This document shows positions 59,620 through 64,000 of a stretch of 64,000 nucleotides of DNA, one piece after another. A model generated the notes under the pieces. It saw nothing but the letters and a program-made list of their open reading frames with translations, searched no databases and was not told where the DNA came from. Source of the DNA: the human T2T-CHM13v2.0 reference genome, Homo sapiens. Made by a program: the position numbers and the translations under genes. The stretch is taken from assembly GCF_009914755.1 (NCBI RefSeq), contig NC_060929.1. One strand, given 5' to 3'. Position 1 is the first letter of the stretch. The number at the start of each line of letters is the position of its first letter.

Positions 59620-61460
59620 ATTTTCTAATAATTGCAATGGCAAAACACCATTTGCAATTTCTTCCCTCCCACCTCCCAGGTGGTTCAACAATTCCACTTC
59701 CAAACAGCATTTCCCATCAGTTTTTAAAAGCTACTTACAAAGTGTTATTCTACTACCACTTTTAAATACATCAAGCACTTCCAAATATCTAGAAAGACTA
59801 GATATTTCATATAACTTGTCCACCACATACACATCACTGTTAAATAAAATTGCACACACATAACAATGGTTATCATCTGAGGTATCTTCTAAATGTGGCC
59901 ATTTTGGCCTTGAATCATTCCCTCCTCCCTTCCTTCTCTGCCTTCAATCCAGTGGACAAGTACAGGCACATGTAATGCTTAGAGATGGTCGAACAAATTC
60001 CTATGCAAAAGTCTTTACAGAAGACAAGTTTTCCTATGAATTTTAACACAAAGCGTACAAAATATGCTAATTTTACTACTTTGTCATACACTGGCAACCT
60101 CTTTAACATCTAGAGACTAGATGTTGAAAAATTAGGACTATTTGTCCATTATATATACTATATACAGAGCAAAACAAAATGCACAAAACGTATAGAAAAA
60201 TGGTGTCTGAAAATGTCCAAGTATGAACACACTAGTATATTACCTCTTGCAATTTCTTCCCTCCTACCTCCTCTAAACCATTGAACAAGTATACACATTA
60301 CTATACTGCTCACAAAGGTGGCTTCACAATTCAATTTCCAAAAGCATTTCCTATGAATTTTAGCAAAAAGATATTTACAAAGTGGTATTTTACTACCTAT
60401 ACATTTAACATACATCGGGCACTTCTAAACATCTAGATAGACTAGATGTTTCAAGTAAGGAGTTAATTTGTCTACTATGTATACAGCAGTCTTGAATAAA
60501 CTGCAAACATGTAACAACAGTTATAATTTGAAAGAGTCTTCCAAATGTGAACATTCTGGCCTAGAACCCTTTCCATCGCCATCAACCCAGAAGACATCAA
60601 ATTTTCAGAAGACAATCTTTCCTAGGACTTGTAAAACAAAATGTACAAAATATATTAGTTTACTAACTCTACTTTTGTCATACACTGGCAACCTCTTTAA
60701 CATCCAGAAAGACTAGATGTTGTCAATTAGGACTCGTCTGTCCTTTATGTACATTATATACACAGATAAGTAAAACAAAATGCACAGACATACATCTTGC
60801 CTCGCTGTAAACAGGATGGCATAGAGCTCTCTGCACCTCCCCCTCCTCTCTCCTCCCCTGAACCACTGCACAAACACAATGAGTATTACTCAACAGGTGA
60901 TTTGGCCATTCCCCCCAAAAAATATTTCCTATGAATTGTAACAAAAAGGTATTTACAAAATGTGATTTTGCTACCTCTAATTTTAACATATCAGGCACTT
61001 CAGAACATCTAAAAAGAAGAGACATTTCAAAAAAGCTTAGCATTGTCAACTATATACACAGTAGTGAGGAATAAAATGCACACAAAACAATGGATAGAAT
61101 ATGAAAATGTCTTCTAAATATGACCAGTCTAGCATAGAACCTTCTTCTCTTCCTTCTCAGGTCTTCCAGCTCCATGTCATCTAACCCACTTAACAAACGT
61201 GAACGTATCGCTTCCAGAGGCCGTCTTAACAATTCCATTTCCAAAAGTCATCTCCAGAAGACATGTATTTTCTACGATTTCTTTTAAACAAATGAGAATT
61301 TACAAGATGTGTAACTTTCTAACTCTTTTATCATAACTCGGCAACCTCTTTCCATCTAGAAGGGCTAGATGTGACAAATGTTTTCTATTAAAAGGTTGGG
61401 GTGGAGTTGAGAGCAGCTTTTTCATATTATATACACAGGCCTTCCATAAACGGCCAGTAA
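59620..61460 (-). repeat. Six diverged ~300-bp NORAD repeat units (alternating A/B types)
   Basis: Recurrent CATCTAG..CTAGATG-type hairpins at 59783, 60105, 60427, 60699, ~61004 (degenerate), 61353; preceded alternately by GCACTTC and GGCAACCTCTTT. Confidence 0.85.
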
Positions 61461-61559
61461 ATCTTCCCAGAGGGTGGTGGGCATTTCCAACTGGCCAAAC
61501 GTGGCCTGTCATTCTACCATTTCTCTCTTCCGACAGCAAAGTCTGGTAGAATGAAGACC

Positions 61560-62177
61560 AACCGCCCGATGGCCGCTAACCGTTCCACCCGTCGTTGTTC
61601 GGGACTTCGCTCACCTTTCAGGCCCCTTAAGGCCTTTGTCCGTTGTCGTCAGGACTAGGTAGGTCTCGCCCAATGGCGACAGAGTGGTCACCCGGGAACC
61701 GGATCTGCGCGGCTCCGTGGCCGAAAGAGGTGGCCAAGCCTGCTTGCGTCCCTAGGCCGCCTTCCGGGCCGTCCACGCCTTAATGGCCTCCGCCGCGCGG
61801 CGTTCGAGCGGCCGCCATACTTCCCGGCCCACCACGCCCGGCGCCGCCCAAAGGCGCTGCGTCCTGGCGGCTCTGCGGGGGTTTCGTCGAGGCCCAGCAG
61901 GCTTGGGTCGGGAGACCCGGGTGCCGGCGGGGGCCGGGCTGGGAGACGCCACGGCCGCCATCAGTCACCGAGGTGGGGTGGGAAAGAGAGGTTCGCTGCG
62001 GCTTCAAGGTCTGAGCACAGCCAGTGGGCAGCCACAGCAGAGGCCTCCGGTGTCTGCAGGGCAGAGGGCTCGGCCTGTCCCGAGGCCCCCCAGTTCATCC
62101 GCCGGCCCGGGGCCAGAGGGCCCTGAAGGCGCGGGCTGCGTTCTGCGTCTCTCCGCGATCTCTGCCGGACCGGAACT
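61560..62177. promoter_or_regulatory. CpG island imported with the retrocopy (candidate promoter)
   Basis: Only non-Alu CpG-dense, GC-rich segment in the window; YY1-like ATGGCGGC on minus at ~61811-61818 and ~61954-61961; ETS-like CCGGAAC at 62170. Confidence 0.65.
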
Positions 62178-62689
62178 AAGACCAGACCATTTTCTTCTGG
62201 AGTAAGTGTGACATAAAACTAATGTTACTAATTTTGTGGCTTTATATTTTGGCATTTAATCCTTTGCAAAATTTTAAACCATTGTGGAAACTGTGCAATA
62301 AATCTGGTCAACTTAAACTACTGAACTATTTCAATACATTATAATTAATGTCCGTAAAAATCTTCAATCATTTGGAGGTGGTAGTTTTTATTTGATACGG
62401 ATAAGGGTATACTTTTAAAGAGTCTATTCTTTTTTTGATTAATTATTGCTAACTAATAAAATTGGAAGGTTTTGTTTTGTTTTCATTTGATTCCAGTTTC
62501 CTAACGTGATTTATTATGCTATTTATATAAGTGCAAACAATTACATGACAAGATTATATTTAGAATGCATGTATTAAAATATGAAAGTGATATTACTGAG
62601 TTTATTTGAAATGTCCCAACATATTGCCACTATTTATACTTCATACATGTTAAAATACCGACATTTTAAACTCATATTTTGAAAAGTTT

Positions 62690-62901
62690 CTTTCTTTTTT
62701 TTTTTTTTGAGAGACAGCGTATCACTCTATCACCTAAGCTGGAGTGCAGTGCTGATCACAGTTCACTGCAGCCTTGACCTCCCTGGCTCAAGCAATTCTT
62801 ACACCTCAGCCTCCTGAGTAGCTGGGGCTAGCAGTATGTGCCCATGCCTCGCTAATTTTTTTTTTTTTTTTGTAGAGACGAGGTCTTGCTATGTTGCCTA
62901 G
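62690..62901 (-). mobile_element. 5'-truncated AluJ-like
   Basis: T tract, GAGACAG..CACTGCAGCCTTGACCTCCCTGGCTCAAGC..TGTAGAGACGAGGTCTTGCTATGTTGCC. Confidence 0.88.
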
Positions 62902-64000
62902 GATATTTAGAGGATATTTTTTGCTTTATAAAAGAAAGAGAAGGAGAAAAATAATTAGGCCCTCAACAACTTCTAAATTAAAATGAACACCTTACACCAC
63001 TGAGAAACAAATGGGAAATCTTTGGCAGAGGATACATTATAATATTGAATTGAAATTAGAAATGAGTCATGTTTCTGTAACTATATGTTCAAGAGGTAAA
63101 AAATTAACATATTTTGTTTTACAAATTACTAATCAAAGTATTCAGCTTTGTAATATTAGAACAAACTGTGTTGCTGAAATCCAATGTTCATAACATTAGG
63201 AAAACTGAGTTGCTTGTACTGTGTGTATCTGATTTAAAACTAACCTATTTTATTTGATTGTGGTGTGCAGGTATAATGTGACTAGTCTAATCACAATTTG
63301 GTTTTGCTTTTTTTTGCAATTGTATATAGATATTTACTTTAATATTTACTCTATCATTGAGTAGATTATTGGAGTATTTCTTCATACATTCCAAGCAATT
63401 GAACAATAAACAATTCTCAGAAAAAAAATGACTATTTTCAAGTGAGAGACTGATTTTTTTTCAATCTGTCACATGCAATCTTTGGGCTTCTTGTTTTTCT
63501 CCTACCACAATACCCACTTTTTTTATCCCAAACATTATTTGACTGACCAACTTTGTGAAGGGTAATTATTATGAGTGAGGTATTTAGAGTTCACTAGTTT
63601 AACTAGGAGGCTGGGGAGACATGGAGATGGGGTGACATGAGTGGTTGGAGCCAGATTGTGAAAACAGTGGCTCTCTCACTGAATTGTACCCCAAAGACAG
63701 ATGTAGAAATATAACATACAACCCAGACTTTTTCTCACTGTCTATGGAGACACAACCAGTTAACTAGTAAGTTTACAAAGAGCAATGATGGGGTTTCTAA
63801 CAACATTACCATTGTGAAATAAAGATAAACTAAAGCTGTAATGGGTAAATGAGCAGCAGTCTCATTAGTGGACTTACTAGCTTGACTATTGCGGTTTGCA
63901 CAGCGAGCTGGTTTTGTCTGCATTTAGAAAAGATGAAGAAGTGGTCTTGTTTCATCTCCCTTCATCACAACCTCCATAAACCAGCTCTTAACAATTTGAA

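Larger units (their letters stand above)
59607..62177 (-). pseudogene. Retrocopy of the lncRNA NORAD (LINC00657), 5' ~2.57 kb only
   Basis: Minus strand starts AGTTCCGGTCCGGCAGAGATCGCGGAGAGACGCAGAACGCAGCCCGC, recognised as the NORAD 5' end; followed by ~300-bp repeat units with TGTANATA motifs and hairpins; exact 15-bp TSD AGACCAGACCATTTT at 59592-59606 and 62179-62193; short A tract. Confidence 0.92.

Noticed and set aside
60476-60485. Additional Pumilio element
   Set aside because: Reads UGUAUACA on minus, not UGUANAUA; UGUAAGUA near 59732 was excluded for the same reason.
59783-61371. CRISPR-like array of palindromic repeats
   Set aside because: Eukaryotic context; ~300-bp period with homologous rather than unique spacers; explained by NORAD repeat units.
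60158-61961. Minus-strand small ORFs (64-108 aa) within the retrocopy
   Set aside because: No recognisable domains; the parent is a non-coding RNA.
59607-62177. The authentic NORAD gene
   Set aside because: Only about half the transcript is present, bounded by a TSD, with AT-rich DNA and no upstream promoter beyond the 5' end.

Overview
This is primate (human-like) AT-rich intergenic DNA that is mostly interspersed repeats; no host protein-coding gene is supported. It contains about ten Alus, a full-length but mutated L1PA, several truncated or 5'-inverted L1s, a complete THE1 (MaLR) provirus and solo MaLR LTRs. It also holds an ancient LTR16/HERV16-type ERVL provirus, a MER4-group ERV1 with nested insertions, and DNA transposons (MER2, Tigger3). 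The standout is a 2.57-kb retrocopy of the lncRNA NORAD on the minus strand (59607-62177), bounded by a perfect 15-bp target-site duplication. It keeps the 5' end and its CpG island but stops about halfway through the transcript. It retains 7 Pumilio response elements and six ~300-bp repeat units, five with an intact hairpin, and carries an antisense 140-aa ORF ending in a consensus splice donor. Repeat subfamily names and the NORAD match are from recognition, not alignment; boundaries are approximate unless a TSD is quoted.
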